A stretch of DNA of 23,824 nucleotides from Capsulimonadales bacterium (GTDB lineage: Bacteria > Armatimonadota > Armatimonadia > Armatimonadales > Armatimonadaceae): positions 1 to 23,824 of the forward strand of contig JANRLW010000128.1 in assembly GCA_033762295.1 (NCBI GenBank), in the 5' to 3' direction. Every line of letters begins with the position of its first letter. The stretch's first letter is position 1. The notes under the pieces are model-generated. The model made no database searches. It was given only the letters and a program-made list of their open reading frames with translations, and was not told the DNA's origin. This document shows positions 9,801 through 17,567 of the stretch, piece after piece. A program made the position numbers and the translations under genes.

Positions 9801-10247
9801 CCCGGCCACGGTCCGCAAGCGCTGGAGGCGGCCCTGGCGCTCTGTGACAGCCCGGTCCGGTCGGTCCGGCGTTACGGGAGAGCGTATGTGACGGAGCGAA
9901 GGGCGGAACTGCCGACGAACGATCTGCTGACCGCGTTGGTGGAAAACCCGGACGCCGAAACCCAGCATTTCGTGGTCGGAATGATCGCGGAAACGCCGGT
10001 AACGGACGGGCTGGAGCGGTTTGAACGGGAGGTGCTTCGCCGCCGGAACGCCGCACGAAAGGCGAAGGAGGCCATCAAATCCCGTCCGGAACTCGCGGAG
10101 GCGACGGATGTGGAGACGTTGCTGGAACTGGCGCGCGGCGTCGGAACGCCCCGGGACGCCGAGTGGGCGCTGACCCAACTGGCCCGGCGCGCCCTCGCCG
10201 GAGAACGGATCCCCGGTTTCGCCATCGAGGGCGTTACCGGGGCTTAG
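6816..10247 (+). CDS. Large modular protein: short helical N-domain, LVIVD-like beta-propeller repeats, long Leu/Ala/Arg-rich helical (HEAT-like) region
   Basis: 1143 aa, TTG start with GGAGAG RBS. Repeats IYDVRDPAQP, LVIASLADPDHP, FYDLSDPFDP, IIDAADPRRP and MVDFSEPRQP, then PSDLTIGYMKRRARRALR and a C-terminal ALALCDSPVRSVR...LLELARG...RDAEWAL. Confidence 0.75.
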   Translation: MDDRRRETPPFPPLFPPTGSVAGESGGVFPIVDTSSFSPRDPARRAQLLEFIRTTPLVFGHWRQFKSLYKATETALTAHFDEDTAERFAELAARLDTVPFQTSRPDPLLAMNGVHYLTQFALKENLAFAFHRDRRGNRIDIFAIRPNDPLATDKRGEIRPHDGTDAFLFCDPYLVTVDEAYHSDQGSITIYDVRDPAQPTKKGILRGPFTQNTVGHYPFLFSLTSGGRNRSPELVIASLADPDHPVEIHRMRNVDSASGLAVLNQGRTLMVATGGRNLSWNRLPKPPALQFYDLSDPFDPQAVGKIDIREMIGGEGHGSQVHVLVRSANGRTGYRIIDAADPRRPVEVGGLELTGNGYSTAIAVRGTTAFVSLDQHGTYMVDFSEPRQPRLIRRLPAPPTRTLQIAGEHLYVRSGNGVEVWNPEGGRIGMPPSDLTIGYMKRRARRALRNMAKVSSDRYVELATAILRRLGDREITPETHWIAFDILYGNGERWKQSSHGRGAYVMIGGRKRIRRTREERFPQAWSARPDLLRELLITRVPPAVQAFAARVLLSAGEPLPAIPAPVLAAWVESDSPLLVPFAVRRLTEQWQNGDVPSGRTAAYAYHRATPALRSALLPLPGKVTDKAWRDAFSLALFERLTFGPGPAGPATVRNVATAALLADRFPKRIGPDLVLQVAGLLMRSRRGDHSDAARRLASGATVRSLPLLNALLAVPEARREPILAGLESAFSTTAFDGPTLQQMVINERNVSIAPFGWRIIAASTTSMDAVRTIWRELLGRPTETPAVRAAMGSPSALDLLARSGISQAEIGESLRTRPFLMALLTAETFEHIVESAAPESLFTLTAAMEDEVWARLGDVWRVRLERGEGLEGFWLGLDAALRSDATGRIAARLAGDPRFIRTIARIGRERTEALLAAREPAMDEPLSRFVEALIGEFPRDSGTLLITATHLLPGVRAIGLRRVKEVGMSLPFALRLMESGLPESVAEGEAFFAAIPGHGPQALEAALALCDSPVRSVRRYGRAYVTERRAELPTNDLLTALVENPDAETQHFVVGMIAETPVTDGLERFEREVLRRRNAARKAKEAIKSRPELAEATDVETLLELARGVGTPRDAEWALTQLARRALAGERIPGFAIEGVTGA

Positions 10248-10263
10248 ACGACAACCGGCGGGT

Positions 10264-11631
10264 TCAGTTTTCGACGTTGCCGTTCGCGCGGAGCCGTTCC
10301 TGCGTTTTCGGCGCCTGCTCCTTGAATTTGTTGACGCCGTTACGCTGTTTTTCCAGCGTGAAGGCGTCGTACAACTCGCCGGTCACCGTCCGCGCTTCGT
10401 AGATGACCTTGTTTCCGTCGACACGAATAACCTGATAGAGCTGGGTATCCTCGGCGGCCCGGGACATCCATGGTTCCCGCTCCAGATTGTACATCTTCGG
10501 CCCGCTGACCGACACCACGTAAACCGTGCCGCTCTCGCCGTTGCGGGCGTTGACCCCGGCGCGCATGTTGCGCGAACGGGCGTACGTATGGTCGTGGCCG
10601 GTCAGGACCAGGTCGACCCGATACTTGTCAAAGATCGGCATCCACATCTCCCGGAGTTCCTTGTTGTCCCGCCCTTTGGCGGAGGAGTACATCGGGTGAT
10701 GGAAGGTCAGGACGGTCCAGCGGTTCGGGTTATTGGACAGTACCTTCTCGAGCCACGGCACCTGATCCGGCTGTTTTTCATTGGAGTTGAGAGAGATAAA
10801 CCGGACACCCTGGTAGTCGACGTAGTAGCAGGTCTCCTCCAGTCCGGCGGGTCCGTTTTCCGGCAGGGTGAACTGCGGCCGCCAGTGGTCCGAAAGACCC
10901 CGTCCGCGCGTACCTTTGGAGGATCGCCCGCCGTATTCGTGGTTGCCCGGCGTCGGGAGGGAGGGCATCATGCCGTTTACCCAACCACCGGCGTAAAACC
11001 ATTCACCCCACTGACCATCGGTATCCGAGTCGTTCACCAGGTCACCGGCATGGATCATGAAGGCGGCTTTCGGCGCGTCGGAATACGCGGAGCGAATGGC
11101 CCGTGACCAGAGCGATTTGATATCGTTCTGAGCATCGCCGAAGTAGATGAACGAAAACGGCTCCGGGCGATCGCTCGCCGTTTTGAAATGGATCCACTCG
11201 CTCCAGTTCGCTCCGTCGCCGACACGGTAGACATACTGGGTGGCGGGCTTCAAATCGGTGAACTCGGCGGAGTGGCAGTGAAACGGACCGAGGTCGGAGT
11301 CGAGCGGGGTCGAGGTCGCCGGGACGCGCACGGACTTCGCCTCGAACTTCGGGTACGCGGTGGCCGGGGCGATCTGCGCGAACGCCTGACCGGGCGCAAC
11401 CGTCGTGTCGGTTCGCCAGGTGACTGCCATACCGCGCGCCGGATCGCCCTTGAACGTCAGAATGATACGATCCGGCGTCGCCAGCGGACGCCAGAGAGTC
11501 GCGTCCGGTTCCTTCTGACCCGGCAAGCGACCTTCGATACTCCGGGCGACACGGGTCAACAGACCGACGCTGACTCCCAGCGTCACGGCGATCGCCACCA
11601 TTCGCAGATTCGACCACTGCATCCTCTGCAT
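10264..11631 (-). CDS. Secreted purple-acid-phosphatase-like metallophosphoesterase (FN3-like N-domain plus calcineurin-like domain)
   Basis: Motifs FGDAQ, AGDLVN, GNHE, FHHP, GHDH; LKPATQYVYRVG FN3 motif; N-terminal signal-like segment. Start is 11631 or 11622; the ORF track gives 11676. Confidence 0.88.
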   Translation of the reverse strand: MQRMQWSNLRMVAIAVTLGVSVGLLTRVARSIEGRLPGQKEPDATLWRPLATPDRIILTFKGDPARGMAVTWRTDTTVAPGQAFAQIAPATAYPKFEAKSVRVPATSTPLDSDLGPFHCHSAEFTDLKPATQYVYRVGDGANWSEWIHFKTASDRPEPFSFIYFGDAQNDIKSLWSRAIRSAYSDAPKAAFMIHAGDLVNDSDTDGQWGEWFYAGGWVNGMMPSLPTPGNHEYGGRSSKGTRGRGLSDHWRPQFTLPENGPAGLEETCYYVDYQGVRFISLNSNEKQPDQVPWLEKVLSNNPNRWTVLTFHHPMYSSAKGRDNKELREMWMPIFDKYRVDLVLTGHDHTYARSRNMRAGVNARNGESGTVYVVSVSGPKMYNLEREPWMSRAAEDTQLYQVIRVDGNKVIYEARTVTGELYDAFTLEKQRNGVNKFKEQAPKTQERLRANGNVEN

Positions 11632-11808
11632 CCTCGAAAATTTACCTTCCGTATTAATGGCAAAATAACGCCTCAATGTACCAGAGGATTGTTAAATAAA
11701 GATTAAATGCCGTCCGGACAACACGGCTTTTTCCGGTCGATCGGGCTGCGACGTAAGATCGAGAGGATGCTTGCCAAGGAGGGAGGCGGATGCTACACTG
11801 GTTTCGCT

Positions 11809-13038
11809 ATGTCCGAACTGACCGATTCTACCGAACTCACCATCGACGAACAGGTCGCCCGACTGTCCCGTGGCGTCCAATTGATCGTCCCGGAAAACGG
11901 CCTTCGAGCAAAACTGGAAAAGTCCCGTAAGACCGGGAAGCCGCTGATCGTCAAACTCGGACTGGACCCGACGGCACCGGATATTCACCTCGGATTCGCC
12001 GTCGTTCTGCGAAAACTCCGCCAGTTTCAGGACCTCGGGCATACCGTGGTCATTATCATCGGGGACTATACCGCACTGATCGGCGATCCGTCCGGACGTT
12101 CGGCGACGCGGCCCATGCTCTCGGAGGAAGAGATCCGTCAGAATGGCGCGACGTATGTCGACCAACTGGCGTCCATTCTGGATCGGGAACGGACGATCGT
12201 TCGGTTCAACAGCGAATGGCTCGGAAAGCTGTCCTTCGCCGATCTGGTCCGATTGACCTCCCGGATGACGGTGGCGCAGGTGCTGACGCGCGAGGATTTC
12301 GCCCGGCGTTTCGAGGCGAAACAACCGATCTCTCTTCACGAACTGCTTTACCCTCTGGCTCAGGCCTATGATTCCGTGGCGATCGAGGCCGATGTGGAAA
12401 TGGGCGGGCAGGATCAGACATTCAATATTCTTGCCGGACGCGACCTCCAGGAGAGCGTCGGTCAGGATCAGCAGATCGGCGTGTTTATGCCGCTTCTGGT
12501 CGGCCTCGACGGCCAGAAAAAGATGAGCAAATCGCTCGGGAACTATATCGGTATTCGCGAAACGCCGCTCGATCAGTACAGCAAGGTCATGAGTCTCGGC
12601 GACGACCTGATGCGGGAGTATTTCCTGCTGTGCACGGACGTTCCGGAGAACGAATTTTCGGCCATGATCGCCGGGGCAGGGAACCCGATGGAGGTCAAGC
12701 ACCGGTTGGCCGGGGAGATCGTGAAAATCTATCACGGTCCGGAGGCGGCGGAACAGGCGGGAGCGGAATGGAGGCGGATCCATAGCAAAGGGGAGTTTCC
12801 GGCCGATGCGCCCGAAGTGACCGTTTCCGAAAATCCGATCGGAATCGTTGCGCTGATCCGACAGTGCGGATTCGCGCCGTCGAACGGGGAAGCCCGGCGT
12901 CTGGTCGAACAGGGCGGCGTCTCCGTCAACGGAGAGAAAGTCGCCGATCCGACCGCACAGGTCGCGGTGACGGATGGCGCCGAGTTCAAAGTCGGTAAAC
13001 GGAATTTTGCGCGGCTACGAACCGCCGGTCAACCATAG
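11809..13038 (+). CDS. tyrS: Tyrosine--tRNA ligase
   Basis: GLDPTAPDIHLGF (HIGH), IGDPSGRS, YPLAQAYD, GGQDQ, KMSKS and a C-terminal S4 domain (SNGEARRLVEQGGV...KVGKR). Start at MSELTD. Confidence 0.97.
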   Translation: MSELTDSTELTIDEQVARLSRGVQLIVPENGLRAKLEKSRKTGKPLIVKLGLDPTAPDIHLGFAVVLRKLRQFQDLGHTVVIIIGDYTALIGDPSGRSATRPMLSEEEIRQNGATYVDQLASILDRERTIVRFNSEWLGKLSFADLVRLTSRMTVAQVLTREDFARRFEAKQPISLHELLYPLAQAYDSVAIEADVEMGGQDQTFNILAGRDLQESVGQDQQIGVFMPLLVGLDGQKKMSKSLGNYIGIRETPLDQYSKVMSLGDDLMREYFLLCTDVPENEFSAMIAGAGNPMEVKHRLAGEIVKIYHGPEAAEQAGAEWRRIHSKGEFPADAPEVTVSENPIGIVALIRQCGFAPSNGEARRLVEQGGVSVNGEKVADPTAQVAVTDGAEFKVGKRNFARLRTAGQP

Positions 13039-13167
13039 TCGTCGTCCGGCGTCCCGTTTTACACGGAAACGAGGAAATTCTACGCGAACGGGGAAAAAAA
13101 CGGGGATTCATGGGGATAATATGTCCGTCAGCCTCGACGGATTGCCCCTACCTCGAAAGGAAAACCC

Positions 13168-14307
13168 ATGCCCGTTTCTCGTGTTCGCGTTGCCGCAGCA
13201 ACGGCGTGCAGTGTCGCCGCCCTTGGCGCCCTCATGTCGGCCCGCGCCGACGCCGCCTTCGACATCAACCTGATCGCTCCCTCCGGAATCAACCCCCTGG
13301 CGCTGCAAGGATTCCAACAGGCCGCCGCTCTCTGGGAGAGTGTTTTCACCGACGACATCACGGTCAACATTCAGATCGACTTTGCCGCACTTGGTCCGGG
13401 CGTACTCGGGTCGACGAACCCGTTCGGCGATAAGGACAATAACGATACGTCCTTTATCGCGTCGTATGCACAACTGCGAAACGCGCTGGGAAACGACGCG
13501 ACCTCGGTCGAGGATGGAACGGCGGTTGCCAACCTGCAGACCGGAAACTCGCTGAATTTCGTCACCAATAATTCGGCGGGGGCATCCGTTGTCGACACCG
13601 ATGGCAGTAACAACAATTCCCTGTTCCAGTTGTCCGGCGCGAACGCCAAAGCGCTCGGACTGATCGCCGGCAATGATGCGCAGGTTGACGCCTTTATTGC
13701 GTTCAGTACGGGTTTCTCCTTCGACTTCGATCCGACGAACGGGATCAATGGAAGCCAGTTTGACTTCGTCGGGATCGCCGCGCACGAAATCGGGCATGCT
13801 CTCGGTTTTGTCAGCGGGGTGGATTTCGTGGATTATCTCTCCGGCCCTAACCTTCTGCCCGGGCAGACCGCGACGAACCTGAATAACTTCGCGGTTTTCA
13901 ACCCGCTCGATCTGTTCCGTTACAGCAATTCCGCTCTGACCCTGTTCAACGGAAACCGCATTCAGGACCTGCGCCAGGGGCGTGACTCCTCCGGGACCAC
14001 CATCACCCCGTTCTTTTCGCTCGATGGCACCACGGAACTGGTCCGGTTTGCCACCGGTCTCTTCGACGGGGATGGTCGCCAGGCGAGCCACTGGAAGGAT
14101 AACCTGGGGCTGGGAATCATGGACCCGACCGCCGGACCGGGCGAGCGATTGCAGGTCGGCGCGAACGATCTGCTGGCCTTCGATGTGATCGGTTATAACC
14201 TTCCGCGCCTTGCCGCCGCCGCGCCGGTACCGGGAACGCTCGCTCTGCTGTCTCTCCCGCTGGTCGGCATAGTTCTCCGCCGCCGGAAGCGGAACCCCGC
14301 TCACTAG
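13168..14307 (+). CDS. Exported Zn-metalloprotease-like surface protein with a PEP-CTERM-like sorting signal
   Basis: Signal peptide ending ARADA; AHEIGHALGFVSG (HExxH at 13783-13797); ASHWKD; C-terminus APVPGTLALLSLPLVGIVLRRRKR. AAGGA RBS. Confidence 0.82.
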   Translation: MPVSRVRVAAATACSVAALGALMSARADAAFDINLIAPSGINPLALQGFQQAAALWESVFTDDITVNIQIDFAALGPGVLGSTNPFGDKDNNDTSFIASYAQLRNALGNDATSVEDGTAVANLQTGNSLNFVTNNSAGASVVDTDGSNNNSLFQLSGANAKALGLIAGNDAQVDAFIAFSTGFSFDFDPTNGINGSQFDFVGIAAHEIGHALGFVSGVDFVDYLSGPNLLPGQTATNLNNFAVFNPLDLFRYSNSALTLFNGNRIQDLRQGRDSSGTTITPFFSLDGTTELVRFATGLFDGDGRQASHWKDNLGLGIMDPTAGPGERLQVGANDLLAFDVIGYNLPRLAAAAPVPGTLALLSLPLVGIVLRRRKRNPAH

Positions 14308-14326
14308 GCGACCGGCAAGAGCAACG

Positions 14327-14363
14327 AAACGTCCGGGCGGAGGACACCGCCCGGACGTTTTTT
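14327..14363 (+). terminator. Rho-independent terminator, possibly bidirectional
   Basis: AAACGTCCGGGCGG-aggaca-CCGCCCGGACGTTT followed by TTT, lying between convergent genes. Confidence 0.85.
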
Positions 14364-14376
14364 CGTTCGATCGAGC

Positions 14377-15780
14377 CTAATGGGCCGTGACCGATGCCGA
14401 AACCACCGGTTTGGAGGAATGATCGGGCGACGGTGCGGCCAGAGTCGCCAAATACTCCGCCAGTCCGTTGACCTCCTCCGGCGTTCCGACCAGCGGCGGC
14501 ATGTACCGGGCGTACGGCGAGTCCGGTTTCGGCTCGTGCAGCATTGTCAGCAGGGAGGCGATCGCCTCGGTATTGCGATCGGCCAGCAGACGGCGCATGG
14601 ACCGGTAACCGTCGTTCGTATGACAGTTCATACACTGCCCGCGATACATCGCTTCGCCGATTTTCAGGCTATCCCCGTCGGCGCGAGCCTTTTGCCCCCA
14701 GACCGACTGCGCCAGATAACCCTCCCGGTTGAACTTCTCGATCTCACTCACCCGGATACCGTTCGAGTACATATGCTGTCCGATCACGTACGGCTTGCGC
14801 AACGCTTCACGGGCATACTCGGTGGAGGCGGTCGCCGCGAGGGCGAGTCCGAGAACGGAAACGGCGTGTCCGATGGCGAAGTCCCGGGGCGATTTATAGG
14901 CGAAGAAGTAGACGACCGCCGAAATGGTGAACGTCGTCATGACCGAGAGCAGTACAATGCGGGTAATCTGCGTGAACGCGCCCGAACCGATGGTCGACAT
15001 ACCGAGTTGCAGCAGCCCGCGGTTCGAAGCGGGGACGTTCGCCATGAACCAGAGCATGCAGACCGGCATCAGCAGGAAGGCGGGAATCAGCCAGGAGGCG
15101 CTCCAGCGGATCAGAGTGACTTTGGTCCGTTCGAATTGCGGAGCCTGCAGCCGGGACAGCGTCACCAGCGCCCAGACACCCGCCAGCGACGTGCAGACCA
15201 GCACCCGAAGTAACAGAGACGGCCAGTAGGTCGGGTTGAAGAAGGCATACCAGAACTTGCTCGCTTCCTGACCGGTTCCGGCGACCGAGAGCCAGGTCTG
15301 GCCGGGGGTCAGCATGAAGGTCAGGATGCCGTTGATAATGACCAGAGTCAGAATCGAGGCTCCGGCATAGATGTAACCGACCGTGAGGTGCGTTTTGTCG
15401 TCAATCCGTCGCCAGGTGTAGTAGTACACGGCGGCGGCGGTCAGTTCGACAATAAAGAACACCCATTCGATCGCCCAGCCGAACACGAAGTTATGGATCA
15501 GGGTGCTCGTCGCCTCCGGGTGCGCGAGGCCGATGGCGAACCAGATTCCGACCCCGGAGACCGCGCCGAACACGCCGGTGAGGATCAGGAAGAACTTCGA
15601 GTGCTTCTCCAGAATCGGAAGCCAGTCCCGTCGGTTCTCCTTTAGCGCCTTGTGTTCCGCCAGGGCGAGGTAAAGGCCGCCGCCGACAGCGAAATGGGAG
15701 ATCATGACATGGTAGATGGCGATGAGGCCGATCACCCACGTGCTCCCGATCACGGGTACGTCCCAGAAAGGATAGTTCAT
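14377..15780 (-). CDS. Cytochrome bd subunit I-like (CydA-like) membrane protein fused to a C-terminal monoheme cytochrome c
   Basis: IYHVMISHFAVGGG, GAVSGVGIWF, WAIEWVFFIVE, FFNPTYWP and EYAREALRKPYVI parallel CydA motifs; C-terminal CMNCH followed by YMPP. Confidence 0.78.
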   Translation of the reverse strand: MNYPFWDVPVIGSTWVIGLIAIYHVMISHFAVGGGLYLALAEHKALKENRRDWLPILEKHSKFFLILTGVFGAVSGVGIWFAIGLAHPEATSTLIHNFVFGWAIEWVFFIVELTAAAVYYYTWRRIDDKTHLTVGYIYAGASILTLVIINGILTFMLTPGQTWLSVAGTGQEASKFWYAFFNPTYWPSLLLRVLVCTSLAGVWALVTLSRLQAPQFERTKVTLIRWSASWLIPAFLLMPVCMLWFMANVPASNRGLLQLGMSTIGSGAFTQITRIVLLSVMTTFTISAVVYFFAYKSPRDFAIGHAVSVLGLALAATASTEYAREALRKPYVIGQHMYSNGIRVSEIEKFNREGYLAQSVWGQKARADGDSLKIGEAMYRGQCMNCHTNDGYRSMRRLLADRNTEAIASLLTMLHEPKPDSPYARYMPPLVGTPEEVNGLAEYLATLAAPSPDHSSKPVVSASVTAH

Positions 15781-15849
15781 CGTTTTTTGCTCCGCGGTTA
15801 CCGGCGATCACGGATGGCTGTCGCCGGTAACCCTTCCACCGAAGTCCTT

Positions 15850-16983
15850 CTAATGCAGCGCCAGGTAGCCCCACGCCGTCGTCACCAACAGAATTCCAAG
15901 GGCGAGGAGACCGAAGTAGGTCGCCCACTTTGCCCGGTTTCCTCCCGCCTGCTTCGTATCGAAGAAGGGGATGATCGTCCACAGGACCAGACCCAGGGTA
16001 AAGATCACCATTCCGAGTCCTTCGCCGATTGCGCCGGGGATCAGGTTTCCGACGACCTTCAGTGTCTGGAAGGGGGACATGAAATACCACTCGGGGTGGA
16101 TGCCTGCCGGCGCGGCGGCGATCGGGTCCGCGGGTTTTCCGAGCTGCCAGGGATAGAGGGACGCCAGCATCGCGATCACGTTGAGCGTGATCAGCCACAT
16201 CGCCAGATCCTTCATCAGGAAGTTCGGGAAAAACGGAATCGATTTTCGTTCCGAGGCCGGTTTCTCCTCTTCGGACGGCGGCAGGGCGTTGCCATGTTTC
16301 TGCACCAGGAACAGGTGGAAACCGAGGAGCGGCAGGTAGCAGAGCGGCAGAATGACCGCGTGCAGGGCGAAGAACCGCTGAACGGTAAACTCGGAAACCT
16401 CGAGTCCGCCCCGGAACAGATTGGCGATCGGCGCGCCGATCACCGGCAGTGCGTTCGGGATCTCCAGGCCGACTTTGGTGGCGAAAAAGGCCAGTTCGTC
16501 CATCGGCAGCAGGTAACCGCTGAAACCGAACAGCAAACCGAGAATCAGGAGCGCCATTCCGCTCCACCAGCCGAACTCACGGGGTTTCCGGTAACCCTTC
16601 ATAAAGTACACCGAAAACATATGGATGAAGATCGACGCGATGAAGAGGTTGGCGGACCAGTTATGGACCGACCGGATCAGCCAGCCGAAGTGGATATCGT
16701 ATGTGATCTGGCGGACGGACTCATAGGCGTCCGGACCCGGACGGTAATAGACCAGTAGCAGGATTCCGGAAAACGCCTGGATGAGGAAGCAGAACAGGGA
16801 GATCCCGCCCCAGTAGTACCAGAACGATTGGCGGTGGACCGGAACCGTCTTGTGTTTGCCGAGTTCGACGAGGGTGTTGAGGTCCAGGCGTTCGTCCACC
16901 CAGCCGTAAATCTTCGCGCCCACGCCCGTTTTTTTCTCCGGCGCCGCAGGACGGGCGGCGTCATTTTTGATACCGGTAACCAT
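15850..16983 (-). CDS. Cytochrome b of a Rieske/cytochrome b complex (unsplit)
   Basis: YYWGGISL; heme His pairs RSVHNWSANLFIASIFIHMF and FFALHAVILP...GFHLFLV; FSGYLLP; PEWY motif. ATG 16983 with AAGGAG RBS. Confidence 0.93.
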   Translation of the reverse strand: MVTGIKNDAARPAAPEKKTGVGAKIYGWVDERLDLNTLVELGKHKTVPVHRQSFWYYWGGISLFCFLIQAFSGILLLVYYRPGPDAYESVRQITYDIHFGWLIRSVHNWSANLFIASIFIHMFSVYFMKGYRKPREFGWWSGMALLILGLLFGFSGYLLPMDELAFFATKVGLEIPNALPVIGAPIANLFRGGLEVSEFTVQRFFALHAVILPLCYLPLLGFHLFLVQKHGNALPPSEEEKPASERKSIPFFPNFLMKDLAMWLITLNVIAMLASLYPWQLGKPADPIAAAPAGIHPEWYFMSPFQTLKVVGNLIPGAIGEGLGMVIFTLGLVLWTIIPFFDTKQAGGNRAKWATYFGLLALGILLVTTAWGYLALH

Positions 16984-17003
16984 CGAAAACTCCTTCAAAA
17001 GGG

Positions 17004-17567
17004 CTAAGCGCGTGAGACCACCACCGACCCCGGCGAAACCTTGGCAACGAAGGTGGGCAGCGGTTTGGGCGGCGGACCGGCGATATTCTTTCCGGTTTTG
17101 GCGTCGTATACTCCCCCATGGCAGGCGCACGTGATCGCCTTCCGGTTCGGATCGAACTGCACGGTGCAGGCGAGGTGGGTGCAGACCGCCGAAAATGCCG
17201 TCCAGGAATCGTCGTCGTGGTGGATGAGAACGGCGGGCGATACCCCGAATTTGAACATCAGGGCGCTGCCCCGGGGCAGTTTATCCGCGTCCTTCAGGGT
17301 CACTTCATGTACGGCGGAGGCGGCCTGAGACTTTTCGACGGGCGAATTCAGGAACCGGTAGAGCGGATAGCCTACCGCGCCGCCGTACACCGCGCACATG
17401 CCACCGACGGCGATTTTCAGGAAACCGGCGCGGGACAGGCCGGCGGTCTCCTCCGGATCTTCGGCATCCTCCGCCGGGTCGGTCATCGGCTCGCGCCGTG
17501 CCGTCATATCTTCGTCCTGCTCGGCGGTCCGGTTCTGCGACAGGGCAGGGGATATGGTGTTGCTCAT
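17004..17567 (-). CDS. Rieske 2Fe-2S protein of a bc-type complex
   Basis: CTHLAC and CACHGGVY boxes, GPPPKPL, Tat-like anchor SRAGFLK. ATGA overlap with the upstream gene and GAGGAGG RBS. Confidence 0.93.
   Translation of the reverse strand: MSNTISPALSQNRTAEQDEDMTARREPMTDPAEDAEDPEETAGLSRAGFLKIAVGGMCAVYGGAVGYPLYRFLNSPVEKSQAASAVHEVTLKDADKLPRGSALMFKFGVSPAVLIHHDDDSWTAFSAVCTHLACTVQFDPNRKAITCACHGGVYDAKTGKNIAGPPPKPLPTFVAKVSPGSVVVSRA

Noticed and set aside
13108..14304. 398-aa minus-strand ORF
   Set aside because: Shadow of the HExxH/PEP-CTERM-like gene.
15491..16758. Alternative-frame and antisense ORFs over cytochrome b
   Set aside because: Arg/Pro/Gly-rich frame artefacts typical of high-GC DNA.
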